The notes under the pieces are model-generated. The model made no database searches and was not told the DNA's origin. It saw only the letters and a list, made by a program, of their open reading frames with translations. A stretch of 64,000 nucleotides of DNA from a virus (taxonomy: Duplodnaviria; Caudoviricetes). The position numbers and the translations under genes are program-made. The DNA is taken from IMG/VR virus record IMGVR_UViG_3300020047_006434, positions 1 through 64,000 of that record; one strand, 5' to 3'. Numbering within the stretch: position 1 is the first letter of the stretch; every line of letters begins with the position of its first letter. Shown piece by piece: positions 15,454-24,307 of this stretch.

Positions 15454-16022
15454 CCGACCTCACCACACTATCCGCCGACATCCACAACAACACGCTAGGC
15501 GCCTATCTCCGCAACCTGTGGGACGCACGCACCAACGGGCAGACACATGGCATCTGGCGGCCGGAACTGGGGCGATTTGTGACAATGGAGGAACTGAAAC
15601 AAATGACAGAAAAAGAATTTCAACGACAACTCAGATTGCAACGCGCCAACGCCATCATCGGAACCATCTCGAATTGCGGGCGTCGCTTCTTTCGTCAGTC
15701 TATCGATGGGCGTGTGTCCAAGTTTGAGATAGCAGAGAATGGGCGCTTGTACTTTAGAGATAAACACAGTGATCGTCGCCTTCCATGCTCGCATACCAAG
15801 GGGCGTACATGGCAGCGTTATTTTAGCGAAGGCGGCACGCTAAAGAGCCTCATTGAATCGCTGGCGAATTACATCAAGAAAGATGAACCAATCAGCCCGT
15901 TCTTTTTTGGTCCGTGGTCGCCAACAACCTGCAATGGCGACCTGTGGGGATACGGTGATGATATGGCGAGAGTCAGAGATCACGCCAAGAGATTGGGCAT
16001 AGTTACGGAGCAGCAACCATGA
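15450..16022 (+). CDS. hypothetical phage protein
   Basis: GAGG RBS, ATGA overlap. Confidence 0.65.
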   Translation: MTDLTTLSADIHNNTLGAYLRNLWDARTNGQTHGIWRPELGRFVTMEELKQMTEKEFQRQLRLQRANAIIGTISNCGRRFFRQSIDGRVSKFEIAENGRLYFRDKHSDRRLPCSHTKGRTWQRYFSEGGTLKSLIESLANYIKKDEPISPFFFGPWSPTTCNGDLWGYGDDMARVRDHAKRLGIVTEQQP

Positions 16023-16399
16023 CCACATCCCCGCACAACAGCCGCCGGCCCTGGGGTGGCGCTAGCCTAGCACGCAACGTCGAATCAGGGTATGAGCCAC
16101 GGGCAAGCTTGTATGAACTGTTGCACCCCGAACAGTATCCAAAGGAGAAGCGGCGAGAGAAGCCACCATCCATCGAAGCGCGTCACGAGATGATCGCATC
16201 ATACCTGCGAGCAAACGGCCCAGCCACGGCGCCGGCAATGGAAGCAGCGTTTGACCTGCGTCGTGACTGTATCGGCGGACTACTGCGCAAGGGTATCCCC
16301 GGCATTGTGGTCATTCGCCAAGAGAAGTCGGACCACACCCACCGCATGTGTGCCGTGTGGGCGCTACAGGATGTCCACACGGACGAGAACGACGAATAG
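16019..16399 (+). CDS. putative HTH DNA-binding protein
   Basis: IASYLRANGPATAPAMEAAFDL resembles a winged HTH. Confidence 0.5.
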   Translation: MTTSPHNSRRPWGGASLARNVESGYEPRASLYELLHPEQYPKEKRREKPPSIEARHEMIASYLRANGPATAPAMEAAFDLRRDCIGGLLRKGIPGIVVIRQEKSDHTHRMCAVWALQDVHTDENDE

Positions 16400-16425
16400 A
16401 CGTCAGTAAAAGAGGAGTTCCACAC

Positions 16426-16839
16426 ATGGCATTTCGTAACAAACAAATGACCATGCCATCCATTGACGACATCATTATGCAGATCATGGCAATGAGTGAA
16501 ACGTTTTACGGCGGTGACTGGTCCATCGGTACAGACACCTGGAACAACTACCGGCCGCCGACATGGCCAACGGCAAAATACTTGTTGAAGTTCAATAACT
16601 ACACTGAAGATAATGCCGGTTGGGACAAGATGCTAGACGATCACATCGGCATCGAACGCAAGTCGTTGACACAAATTAGGGTAGAGCAGCACGAAGCGCG
16701 CATGGCGCACCGTTGGCGACTGGAAGAAAAGAAGGACTACAGCGCATCGCCCGACGGCGCATACCTGGCGCTGATGTGTGACGGCTTCGCCATCTGCAAG
16801 CCGACGTATGAACGGACAGGGCGCATGATACTGAGATAG
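16426..16839 (+). CDS. hypothetical protein
   Basis: GAGGAG RBS. Confidence 0.65.
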   Translation: MAFRNKQMTMPSIDDIIMQIMAMSETFYGGDWSIGTDTWNNYRPPTWPTAKYLLKFNNYTEDNAGWDKMLDDHIGIERKSLTQIRVEQHEARMAHRWRLEEKKDYSASPDGAYLALMCDGFAICKPTYERTGRMILR

Positions 16840-16849
16840 GAGAAACCAC

Positions 16850-17161
16850 ATGACTAATCTACCGGTCGGCAACATTGTCACCCTGTCAACCGACAACATA
16901 GGCAGGATCGCCGCCGAGATAGAACGCATTGTCGATAATGCCGGCAACAACGCAGCAGCGGCGCTATTGAAGTCGGAGGCACTTGAACAGGAGAACGAAG
17001 CCCTACGGCGCCAAGTGGCTCTACTCCGCCACGCACTGCGCACGCTCAGCGGCCAGGTACAGGCGGCCATGCCGACACTGACGGCGCTGGTGGAACAGCG
17101 CGACACGTTGGCGACGGCGTGGGCCCAGGCGGCAAAGGTGCTGCAAGAGACGGGGAAGTAG
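16850..17161 (+). CDS. coiled-coil hypothetical protein
   Basis: Heptad-rich; AGGAG RBS. Confidence 0.6.
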   Translation: MTNLPVGNIVTLSTDNIGRIAAEIERIVDNAGNNAAAALLKSEALEQENEALRRQVALLRHALRTLSGQVQAAMPTLTALVEQRDTLATAWAQAAKVLQETGK

Positions 17162-17167
17162 CAAAAT

Positions 17168-17194
17168 AAAACGCCACCGTTGCTGGTGGCGTTT
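17168..17194 (+). terminator. intrinsic terminator-like hairpin (possibly bidirectional)
   Basis: AAACGCCACC-GTTGCT-GGTGGCGTTT. Confidence 0.6.
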
Positions 17195-17391
17195 CTCACG
17201 TGGTCCACTCCAAAGCGAAGACGTAGACCGATAAGCCCTAGCGCATTGAAATTCCGGTTTGGCGACTGTAAGATTCCAAAGCACCATACTCCTATGGACA
17301 TGCGAGACGCCGCACAACCGGCATGTCAAAATAGCTTGTGTAATCGGCTGCGCAACTGGATTGATTATACCACACCCCGCCGCCCCCGTCT

Positions 17392-17424
17392 AGCGCCCGC
17401 CCATCGGTGTGGCGCTTTTTATTT
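17392..17424 (+). terminator. intrinsic terminator
   Basis: AGCGCC...GGCGCT followed by a T-run. Confidence 0.55.
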
Positions 17425-17519
17425 GCGCACAGGCATTTGTGAAATTTGTCACAATGCATGGCGATTAATGAATGATATTCAGAACTGGAAAACTCGTTGA
17501 AAATTGGTCATTTTGGGGG

Positions 17520-17548
17520 TTGACATATGGCACCATGTATGATACAAT
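17520..17548 (+). promoter_or_regulatory. strong sigma70-type early promoter
   Basis: TTGACA-17 nt-TACAAT. Confidence 0.85.
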
Positions 17549-17593
17549 ATATGCACGGACGAAAAGTAAAACAATCACACGAAGGAGTTACAC

Positions 17594-17779
17594 ATGTTTG
17601 AAACGTACTGGATTTACACGAACGATGGGCGCAAAGTTGGTCAGTTTAACGTGAGCATCATCAGCATGATTAGCGGGTTCATGACGGAAGAGCAGTTTAT
17701 CGCAGCCAAGTTTGCCCAAGCTTGCGAACGCCAGAACCTTGACACAAGCGCCCACAACTACTGCATCGCCGCTGAGTAA
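17594..17779 (+). CDS. small early protein, paralog 1 of the WIYTxDGR...HNYC family
   Basis: YWIYTNDGRKVGQF...HNYCIAAE; paralogs at 60973 and 62347. Confidence 0.8.
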   Translation: MFETYWIYTNDGRKVGQFNVSIISMISGFMTEEQFIAAKFAQACERQNLDTSAHNYCIAAE

Positions 17780-17806
17780 TCGAGAAGGGGAGGACAGCCA
17801 CTCTCC

Positions 17807-17866
17807 GCCTTAACCCAACTAATACCGGATGTCTCAAGTACCGGATGCGAAATGGGGGAGAGAGGC
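17807..17866 (+). ncRNA. twister ribozyme (type P1-like)
   Basis: P1 GCCT/AGGC; U^AA at 17811-13; P2 CCCA/TGGG; P4 CCGG/CCGG; loop TCTC-AA-GT; T1 CTC/GAG; T2 AC/GT. One extra G in P2/L1. Confidence 0.7.
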
Positions 17867-17893
17867 AAAGTGTAAAACGAAAGGGACAAACGC

Positions 17894-18130
17894 ATGAGCA
17901 AGACGATAGCGACACGGATCAACTACCTACACGTTTCAGTGCGGACAGCAACTGGTACACCTCGGTTGTTCCAGGTCAAGCAAGGTGACATCAGTAAGCG
18001 CCCAACCTGTCAATGCAAAAACGGATTCGGCAAGGGTTGCAGTCACGAAGTCGCACTGATGACCCTGCTGCACCAGGAAGCGGCAGAGATGGCCGCCACA
18101 ACGCAGACGACTACCCATGTGGTGGCTTGA
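17894..18130 (+). CDS. SWIM-type zinc-finger protein
   Basis: TCQCKNGFGKGCSH (CxC...CxH). Confidence 0.7.
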   Translation: MSKTIATRINYLHVSVRTATGTPRLFQVKQGDISKRPTCQCKNGFGKGCSHEVALMTLLHQEAAEMAATTQTTTHVVA

Positions 18131-18260
18131 GTTGAGCCTGATAGGTGCAGTTGCTTATATGGCGTGGCAACTGCACCGGCTCGAACTCAAGGTCGAAGCG
18201 CTGGATCATGTATACAATCAACTCGCTGACATCATAGATGAAAGGATTGAGAATGGCTAG
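18117..18260 (+). CDS. 47-aa membrane/coiled-coil peptide (not in ORF track)
   Basis: MWWLELSLIGAVAYMAWQLHRLELKVE...; overlaps both neighbours. Confidence 0.5.
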   Translation: MWWLELSLIGAVAYMAWQLHRLELKVEALDHVYNQLADIIDERIENG

Positions 18261-18480
18261 ACTAAACGTGTATGCCGGTGATGACGCGGAGAAGAAGCAA
18301 ATAGATACCAACTTGTCGGAGGTGACACAATTACTCGGACTGGAAACATACAAGGGCGCATCTTCTAGCGCTTTTGTGCGGTGGCTAGGCAAACAAAACC
18401 CTCACGATGTGGCCAATGCGCTACGGTTGTTGAGAGAAAAGGAGATGCAAGACAAGTTAGACGCAATGAGAAAAGGCTGA
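18253..18480 (+). CDS. small putative DNA-binding protein
   Basis: GAAAGGA RBS; beta-helix-helix pattern. Confidence 0.55.
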   Translation: MARLNVYAGDDAEKKQIDTNLSEVTQLLGLETYKGASSSAFVRWLGKQNPHDVANALRLLREKEMQDKLDAMRKG

Positions 18481-18551
18481 TTTTTGTCGCCCCTGCCGGT
18501 GTGTGGAAGACACCAACAGAGGCTAACCACCAGAAAGGCATAAGCTTTCCT

Positions 18552-18821
18552 ATGGCTAAGAAAAGTTTACCCCAGCGCGGCAATTCGCGCAAAAGCATTG
18601 ACGAGATGAACAGCGCTGAACTGCGTGCATACATCGCTGAACTGATGGTCAAGCGTGACCGGCTCCTGGTTGAACGCATGGCACGACAGGAGCAGCCCGT
18701 TGAAACACCAAAGCCAGCCAAGCCGGTCAAGCTGCCAACCAAGCGGATGCGCAAGAGCGTCGAACGATTCGACAGCATGACCGACAGTGAACAGGTAGAT
18801 AGCCTGCGGGCGATGTGGTGA
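18552..18821 (+). CDS. basic hypothetical protein
   Basis: IDEMNSAELRAYIAEL helical motif; Lys/Pro-rich tail. Confidence 0.55.
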   Translation: MAKKSLPQRGNSRKSIDEMNSAELRAYIAELMVKRDRLLVERMARQEQPVETPKPAKPVKLPTKRMRKSVERFDSMTDSEQVDSLRAMW

Positions 18822-18829
18822 GGCGCAAA

Positions 18830-19972
18830 ATGGTAAAACTGATTGATCTGACCGGGCAACGATTTGGACAATTGACTGTTATCGAGCGAACTAGTAACGC
18901 AAAAAACAACAGTGCTCGATGGTTGTGCAAATGTGACTGTGGGGAAAATGCAATCGTTCTAGGATCTGCGCTTTATCGTGGCATCACTACATCCTGCAAA
19001 AAACACAACGAAAATTGCTTTGTCGATATAACTGGGCAACGGTTCGGGCAATTGGTTGTCATCAAACGTCTAGCCAATACGAAGGTGGGTAGCGCAAGAT
19101 GGTTGTGTCAGTGCGATTGTGGAGGTTACACCACGTCAGCCTCACGTGATTTACGCAATGGACACACGCAAAAGTGTAAAAGTAGCGCACACGGCATATT
19201 GATCGACATTACTGGGCAAAGGTTTGGACAACTAACCGTCTTGTCTAGATCTGGTACTGCTAGTAATGGTGAGGCCAAATGGCTCTGTCGGTGTGACTGC
19301 GGAAATACACTGGATATTTCTGGGGCGCAACTTAGATTTGGATACAGAACTGTATGCAGCAAAAAGATTCATAGTCCATTGCATATAAAAGATGGTCAAA
19401 GATTTGGAATGCTTGTAGTTATCGAGCATCAAAAAGATGGACTAGCATGTCGATGCGATTGCGGTACGATAGTAATTATCAGTGGAAGCCGACTGAGATC
19501 TGGTAAGACCATTGATTGTGGCTGTATGCGTGCAGAAAGACAAAAGCAATTTTCAACAAAGCACGGATTAAGCACATCGCAAGAGTATAATACATGGTCA
19601 AGCATTATTCAGCGCTGCACAAACGATAAATGCAAAGAATTCAAGAACTATGGCGGAAGAGGTATAAAAGTCTGTGAGCAGTGGAAGAATTTTGAAATCT
19701 TCTATACTGATATGGGACCAAAACCAACGCCAAAGCACAGCATTGATCGCATAGATAATGATGGCAATTATGAGCCAGGGAATTGCCGATGGGCAACACG
19801 CGAAGAGCAATCGAACAACAGGCGTACTAACCGAAAGATCGGGATTGGCGATCAATTAGTCACCATAGCGCAAGCGTCCAGAATTACAGGCGTGTCAGAT
19901 CAGACGATCTCAGATAGATTAAAAAGAGGCATGTCGGACGAAGATGCGATCAAGCCAGTTAAGAAAAAGTAA
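18830..19972 (+). CDS. HNH-type homing endonuclease with four tandem Cys-repeat DNA-binding units
   Basis: Four DxTGQRFGxLxV...WLCxCDCG repeats, then SIDRIDNDGNYEPGNCRWAT and a C-terminal HTH. Confidence 0.88.
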   Translation: MVKLIDLTGQRFGQLTVIERTSNAKNNSARWLCKCDCGENAIVLGSALYRGITTSCKKHNENCFVDITGQRFGQLVVIKRLANTKVGSARWLCQCDCGGYTTSASRDLRNGHTQKCKSSAHGILIDITGQRFGQLTVLSRSGTASNGEAKWLCRCDCGNTLDISGAQLRFGYRTVCSKKIHSPLHIKDGQRFGMLVVIEHQKDGLACRCDCGTIVIISGSRLRSGKTIDCGCMRAERQKQFSTKHGLSTSQEYNTWSSIIQRCTNDKCKEFKNYGGRGIKVCEQWKNFEIFYTDMGPKPTPKHSIDRIDNDGNYEPGNCRWATREEQSNNRRTNRKIGIGDQLVTIAQASRITGVSDQTISDRLKRGMSDEDAIKPVKKK

Positions 19973-20041
19973 CAATACCTCTCATCGCAGCACGCAAAGA
20001 GAAAGGAGGTTCAATATTCACTATTAATTTTTGGAGGATCT

Positions 20042-20497
20042 ATGTATATCATCAATCGATTGAACGTCACAGCAATCAGCACTACCTTACGTGTGTTATT
20101 GCTGGCCGCTATTCCGGTCTTATCCTTTGTGATAATTGCCACCGTTATGCCGGTTGCTCTGGCTCTCATGGCAATTGTCAGCAGCATGATTACGGGGGTG
20201 ATTACGGTTGCAATTAGCGCAATGGTATCAGCCATAACCTTTGCTTTTGCCATGCTGGTACGCACCGCCATCCTGATACTGTTCTGTTGGTTATGGCAGC
20301 GAATGCCAAGCGTTAATTGGCGGATTGTCTTTACCGCAGGGAAAGCACTCTGCTATGCTGGCGTAGTAATCAGCGTGTTCGTCGTGGCGCTGGTGTGGCT
20401 GCCGGCCATCATCGCAGGGTGCTGCACGGTGCTGCCACAGGTGGCGACGGTGGCGGGCGTGCTTGGTGGGGCAATTGGGTTGATGAAAGTGGGGTAA
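20042..20497 (+). CDS. multi-pass membrane protein
   Basis: Long hydrophobic stretches; GGAGGA RBS. Confidence 0.65.
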   Translation: MYIINRLNVTAISTTLRVLLLAAIPVLSFVIIATVMPVALALMAIVSSMITGVITVAISAMVSAITFAFAMLVRTAILILFCWLWQRMPSVNWRIVFTAGKALCYAGVVISVFVVALVWLPAIIAGCCTVLPQVATVAGVLGGAIGLMKVG

Positions 20498-20498
20498 G

Positions 20499-20783
20499 AT
20501 GTCAAAGAAGATGACGGAATCACAGGTAATGGCATTGCTCGTCAAGCTCGAAAATGAGTGGCCCGATGGATTCCAATTGTACGCGCAATCTGGGACATTA
20601 ATGCTAGTCACGGAGGGTGACAATGCGTTGATTGATACATACAAGATTCCGTGCGACGGCGGGGACATCGGCGTCGAGACAGGAGACGATGGTATTGAGC
20701 GATTAGCGTTTTCTGATTCCGTCGCCGGCCCGCCCCCGACCAGCAGGGAGAAAGTGAGGAGTGATGACCTACCCACAACTTGA
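20499..20783 (+). CDS. hypothetical protein
   Basis: Adjacent start. Confidence 0.6.
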   Translation: MSKKMTESQVMALLVKLENEWPDGFQLYAQSGTLMLVTEGDNALIDTYKIPCDGGDIGVETGDDGIERLAFSDSVAGPPPTSREKVRSDDLPTT

Positions 20784-21033
20784 CATCTGTCGCTACACAT
20801 ACCGGCGCATCCAGGCGCATCTGGCTATCCGACTGTCCACCCGTGTCGGTGACCAATTGCGCGCGATAGCCGGGACCGGTGGTGACATCGGCGCATTCAA
20901 CACGAACCAGTTACAGTTGCGTTTTTCTGGCGTGGAGTTAACCGAGGCACAGCGACTGGTGCAACTGGCCATACATAACCGAAGGAGACTTAAGGATGAA
21001 AGCAACAATCAAGATCGTCTATCGAACGATTGA
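20761..21033 (+). CDS. hypothetical protein
   Basis: GAGGAG RBS. Confidence 0.5.
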   Translation: MMTYPQLDICRYTYRRIQAHLAIRLSTRVGDQLRAIAGTGGDIGAFNTNQLQLRFSGVELTEAQRLVQLAIHNRRRLKDESNNQDRLSND

Positions 21034-21164
21034 CGGACGGTGGCACGAAACGGAAGTGCTAGAGGAAACGGCGGCTAGCCACATGGACTACCTGCGCAGC
21101 TTGGCCGATGTGAAAGCCGAGACTGTAAGATTGGCGATGTGAGTGTGAAAGGACGGAAAAGAAC

Positions 21165-21395
21165 ATGGCAGAAGTACAATTATTCGGGTACACAGCATGG
21201 CTGAACAAACGAGGCAAAAGCGAAGAGTACGTAATTGGTTCGCTGGGGTATCCCGGTAACCTGATTAGCTGTGGCGACACGAACGAGATCGCCAAGTACC
21301 AGGCTTTTCTGGAAGTGGTCAAGATTCGGTTGGCTGAACTGAACGATCCCCGAAATCACAAGCCGCTGTATGAGGTGCCCGCCCTTGCCGACTGA
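21165..21395 (+). CDS. hypothetical protein
   Basis: GAAAGGA upstream. Confidence 0.55.
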   Translation: MAEVQLFGYTAWLNKRGKSEEYVIGSLGYPGNLISCGDTNEIAKYQAFLEVVKIRLAELNDPRNHKPLYEVPALAD

Positions 21396-21921
21396 CCACC
21401 TCGCCGCCGCTCGCTCCGGTGACGCCGCCGCCATGAATGAGTTTCTGACGGCGTGCGTGCCGCTCGTGCGCATGACCGCCATCCGCATTCTTGGCGCCGG
21501 CAATGATATGGTTGACGATGCCATACAGGAGTCGTTGATCAAAGTGTGGCGCAACTTGCATCGGTTCAGCGCTGGCAACATAGAGGCGTGGATAGTCACC
21601 GTCACCAGTAACGCCTGCCATGATGCGCGGCTGTCGGCAACCCACAGGCACTGGCACGGTAGTATCGGACTCCATACACTGCAAGGTGTGGCAGCCATCG
21701 ACGACACGGCGGCGATAGTATGCCGAGACGAAAGCCGGCGCAGGGTGCGTGATGCCATCAGCAGGCTATACCCGACCTACCAGCCGGTTGCATGGTTGAT
21801 GTACGTTGAAGGCTGCAAGGCGGGGGAAGCGGCGCAGGTGCTGGGCGTGCCGGATGCCACAGTGTACGCACAGGCGAAGCATGTAAAGACGATGTTGGGT
21901 AAAATATTGAGCGAGAATTAG
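21370..21921 (+). CDS. ECF-type sigma70 factor
   Basis: Region 2 DDAIQESLIKVWRNLHRF and region 4 LMYVEGCKAGEAAQVLGVPDATV. Confidence 0.85.
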   Translation: MRCPPLPTDHLAAARSGDAAAMNEFLTACVPLVRMTAIRILGAGNDMVDDAIQESLIKVWRNLHRFSAGNIEAWIVTVTSNACHDARLSATHRHWHGSIGLHTLQGVAAIDDTAAIVCRDESRRRVRDAISRLYPTYQPVAWLMYVEGCKAGEAAQVLGVPDATVYAQAKHVKTMLGKILSEN

Positions 21922-21930
21922 ACAGGAGGA

Positions 21931-22251
21931 TTGATAGTGATTATCGAATTCCCAAAAAAGTACAATGTGATTGGTGCTGATAGAATGTTTACCGTGACTG
22001 TTCCAGACGAGTATGCCGACTCGCTGCTATCGATGATCAAGCGGCAACCGTGGATTAAGGCTTCGTGGTTTGTTCTGCCCGACGACAAGGCAATCATCTG
22101 CATTATCTCAAGCGCCTACGATGTCACCGACGAACAAGCACACGACGCCCTATGTCGCCTGTGTGAGCACGTCATGTCACCGCCGGTAGAGGTAGACCTA
22201 GCGGTGTGGGGCGATGCGTTGGGGGATAGCACGGATGAGGCGGCGTCATGA
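21931..22251 (+). CDS. hypothetical protein
   Basis: AGGAGG RBS. Confidence 0.6.
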   Translation: MIVIIEFPKKYNVIGADRMFTVTVPDEYADSLLSMIKRQPWIKASWFVLPDDKAIICIISSAYDVTDEQAHDALCRLCEHVMSPPVEVDLAVWGDALGDSTDEAAS

Positions 22252-22490
22252 CCTACACACACCGCAACGGCGAAACCGACACGCCGACCGAACCGGGGCT
22301 GTACTGGTTTGCCGGCAGCAAATGGGGCAAAGAAGCGGCCGGGATGCTGCACATTGTGTGTGAGGATGGGATGCTGATGTGGTACCCGCTGGGCGACGAA
22401 ATGCGGATACCGTACAAGGGACTGGAGACGTTTATCGGCCAGTGGTGGGGACCGGTAACGCCACCGTGGGGGAACGATGAAACAAACTGA
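22248..22490 (+). CDS. hypothetical protein (paralog of the C-terminus of 58929-59543)
   Basis: HRNGETDTPTEPGLYWF...GQWWGPVTPPW. Confidence 0.7.
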   Translation: MTYTHRNGETDTPTEPGLYWFAGSKWGKEAAGMLHIVCEDGMLMWYPLGDEMRIPYKGLETFIGQWWGPVTPPWGNDETN

Positions 22491-22740
22491 AGCTAGAACC
22501 ATAGAGCGAAAATATGTGATAGCCGAATTCTGCGACTGGTGCGGCAAGAGAATCGCCACAGGCGACATGTACGAAACCAGAGAGTTCAGGATTTTGTTTA
22601 GCGTCGGCGACAGCTTCCCCGAAGGTGGATACAAAAAAGGCTGGCAGGTTGAGGACTTATGCGATGACTGCGTTGCGAATCTGCGCACCTTGCTGGAGGA
22701 TGCCGGGATTAAGATTAAGCCGATAGAAGTGGATTGGTAG
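22477..22740 (+). CDS. zinc-binding hypothetical protein
   Basis: CDWCG...DLCDDC. Confidence 0.65.
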   Translation: MKQTEARTIERKYVIAEFCDWCGKRIATGDMYETREFRILFSVGDSFPEGGYKKGWQVEDLCDDCVANLRTLLEDAGIKIKPIEVDW

Positions 22741-22747
22741 AGGAGGA

Positions 22748-22969
22748 GTGATGGTAAGTACTGATGAAATCAACGGTTGGATTTACGATATTGAACCCAT
22801 GTCGGTAGAGTCGGCGATAGCGTATCACTCGAACTTGTGGCGCACAGCAAAGCATAATTTGCCGACATTGACTGATGAGCAATTAGCCGTGGTAGTTAGT
22901 TTGGTTGTGGGTACATGTCCACATTGCCATGATAATGAATTGGACTGTTATTGCTCTTGTGATGATTAG
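22748..22969 (+). CDS. hypothetical protein
   Basis: GAGGAG RBS; CPHC...CYCSC; last + strand gene of the arm. Confidence 0.6.
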   Translation: MMVSTDEINGWIYDIEPMSVESAIAYHSNLWRTAKHNLPTLTDEQLAVVVSLVVGTCPHCHDNELDCYCSCDD

Positions 22970-23472
22970 TCCAGACAGGTGGCGATCCAGACGCAAAAAT
23001 ACCATCGAAACTCGGCGTCTGGATTCTCCGCCATGCCTATGCCCACATGGAACTGCTGCCGAAAGAAATCATTTTCGCCAAACAGATGCACCTCGTGGCT
23101 TTGGCTGTTTGCTAATGAGTCAAACATCACCGTAGCGTCGGCTGAGCCACCACAAAGCGATTCAATGTAGTTCTGATCGTCGCTGTACTCGCTTGGCAAC
23201 GCGCACCCATAGCCCCTAGCAATCCCATTCGCCCCACGGCCTGCGCTATCATGATGTGACCACGGTGCGCCATGTGCCAAGTCGAACGCCCGCCGCATCG
23301 CCCCCGCCTGCAACACCTTGCACACCTCTAGCCGTGGCCGTTGCTGCCTGCTGTCGTGTAGCAGCAAGTCATAGAACACACTAACCGGGTCAACCGGCGC
23401 CGTGGCTATGATGGGCAGGAAGACACTGCCGCGGGTCGTTGGTGTGGTGGGGCCGGGGGCTAGGTGGAGCAT
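22966..23472 (-). CDS. CAP (SCP/PR-1) domain protein
   Basis: AMRRAFDLAHGAPWSH, IESLCGG, SQSHEVHL, HVGIG; N-terminal VFLPII motif. Confidence 0.7.
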   Translation of the reverse strand: MLHLAPGPTTPTTRGSVFLPIIATAPVDPVSVFYDLLLHDSRQQRPRLEVCKVLQAGAMRRAFDLAHGAPWSHHDSAGRGANGIARGYGCALPSEYSDDQNYIESLCGGSADATVMFDSLANSQSHEVHLFGENDFFRQQFHVGIGMAENPDAEFRWYFCVWIATCLD

Positions 23473-23473
23473 G

Positions 23474-23689
23474 TTATGACTCTGCGATAGGTTCGGCTGG
23501 CGTTGCTGGTGTGACTTGTCCCTCTGCGATAAACTCATCGCACAGCATAACGGCGCCTTCCAAGCGGCTGAGCATCGCCTTGGCGTTTGCCAGTTCAGCA
23601 TCGATTCGCTTGATTACTGATTCTTGCGTGCTAATGTCCTGTACTAATTTCTTCTTACGTTCTTTATAATCGATCATCTTTCCTCGCAT
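23474..23689 (-). CDS. coiled-coil hypothetical protein
   Basis: Heptad repeat. Confidence 0.6.
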   Translation of the reverse strand: MRGKMIDYKERKKKLVQDISTQESVIKRIDAELANAKAMLSRLEGAVMLCDEFIAEGQVTPATPAEPIAES

Positions 23690-23922
23690 AAAACAATCAC
23701 ACTGGCATCATCAACCTGCACCAGTGGCAACGAACCATCGGTACAGGTTGCGTCTATCCAGTTGCCGCCGTCAATCGTTACCGCCTGTCCGTAGCCGATG
23801 GCGGCTGCACGGATGTCGGACACGGGCATGATTGGTAAATACACGTTCGCCATGACAGCTTGCACCGCACAAAACAGTGCAATGACGATAATCAGTAGAA
23901 TGCTTATCGTTTTCTTAATCAT
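23674..23922 (-). CDS. secreted small protein
   Basis: Signal peptide, then NVYLPIM motif; TATAAT just upstream (23929-23934). Confidence 0.6.
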   Translation of the reverse strand: MIKKTISILLIIVIALFCAVQAVMANVYLPIMPVSDIRAAAIGYGQAVTIDGGNWIDATCTDGSLPLVQVDDASVIVLCEER

Positions 23923-23929
23923 GCCAACA

Positions 23930-24307
23930 TTATACAACAGTTGGTGCCGAAATGATCATGTCGATGGGGCGTTCGTCATATGATACTGGCACGCCGTCCA
24001 AAACAGTCTCAATCGGTGTGGCCAGCCATACGTTAAAAGTGCTCCACATTGCCCGAAATTTGCGGATGAACTCAGCGTCAAACGTGCCATCACCAACTGC
24101 TGCGCCGTCCGTTGTGGCAGCCACATCGGCAGCAAGTCCGCTGTAATTCCAGTGCGTTGCGCCGTTGCTGGCCATGTTGATCAGCACCTCTGTCAGTGCA
24201 ATCGATGCTCGGATCTTCGATTCAAACCGCTGAATTGATGACCGGTTGGTGTCGTTGCCTGCCTCCCAGTCTGCAATAATGCGGTTCGCATTCTCTTTAG
24301 TTAGCAT
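23930..24307 (-). CDS. hypothetical (tail-fibre-region) protein
   Basis: Overlaps the upstream tail gene. Confidence 0.65.
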   Translation of the reverse strand: MLTKENANRIIADWEAGNDTNRSSIQRFESKIRASIALTEVLINMASNGATHWNYSGLAADVAATTDGAAVGDGTFDAEFIRKFRAMWSTFNVWLATPIETVLDGVPVSYDERPIDMIISAPTVV

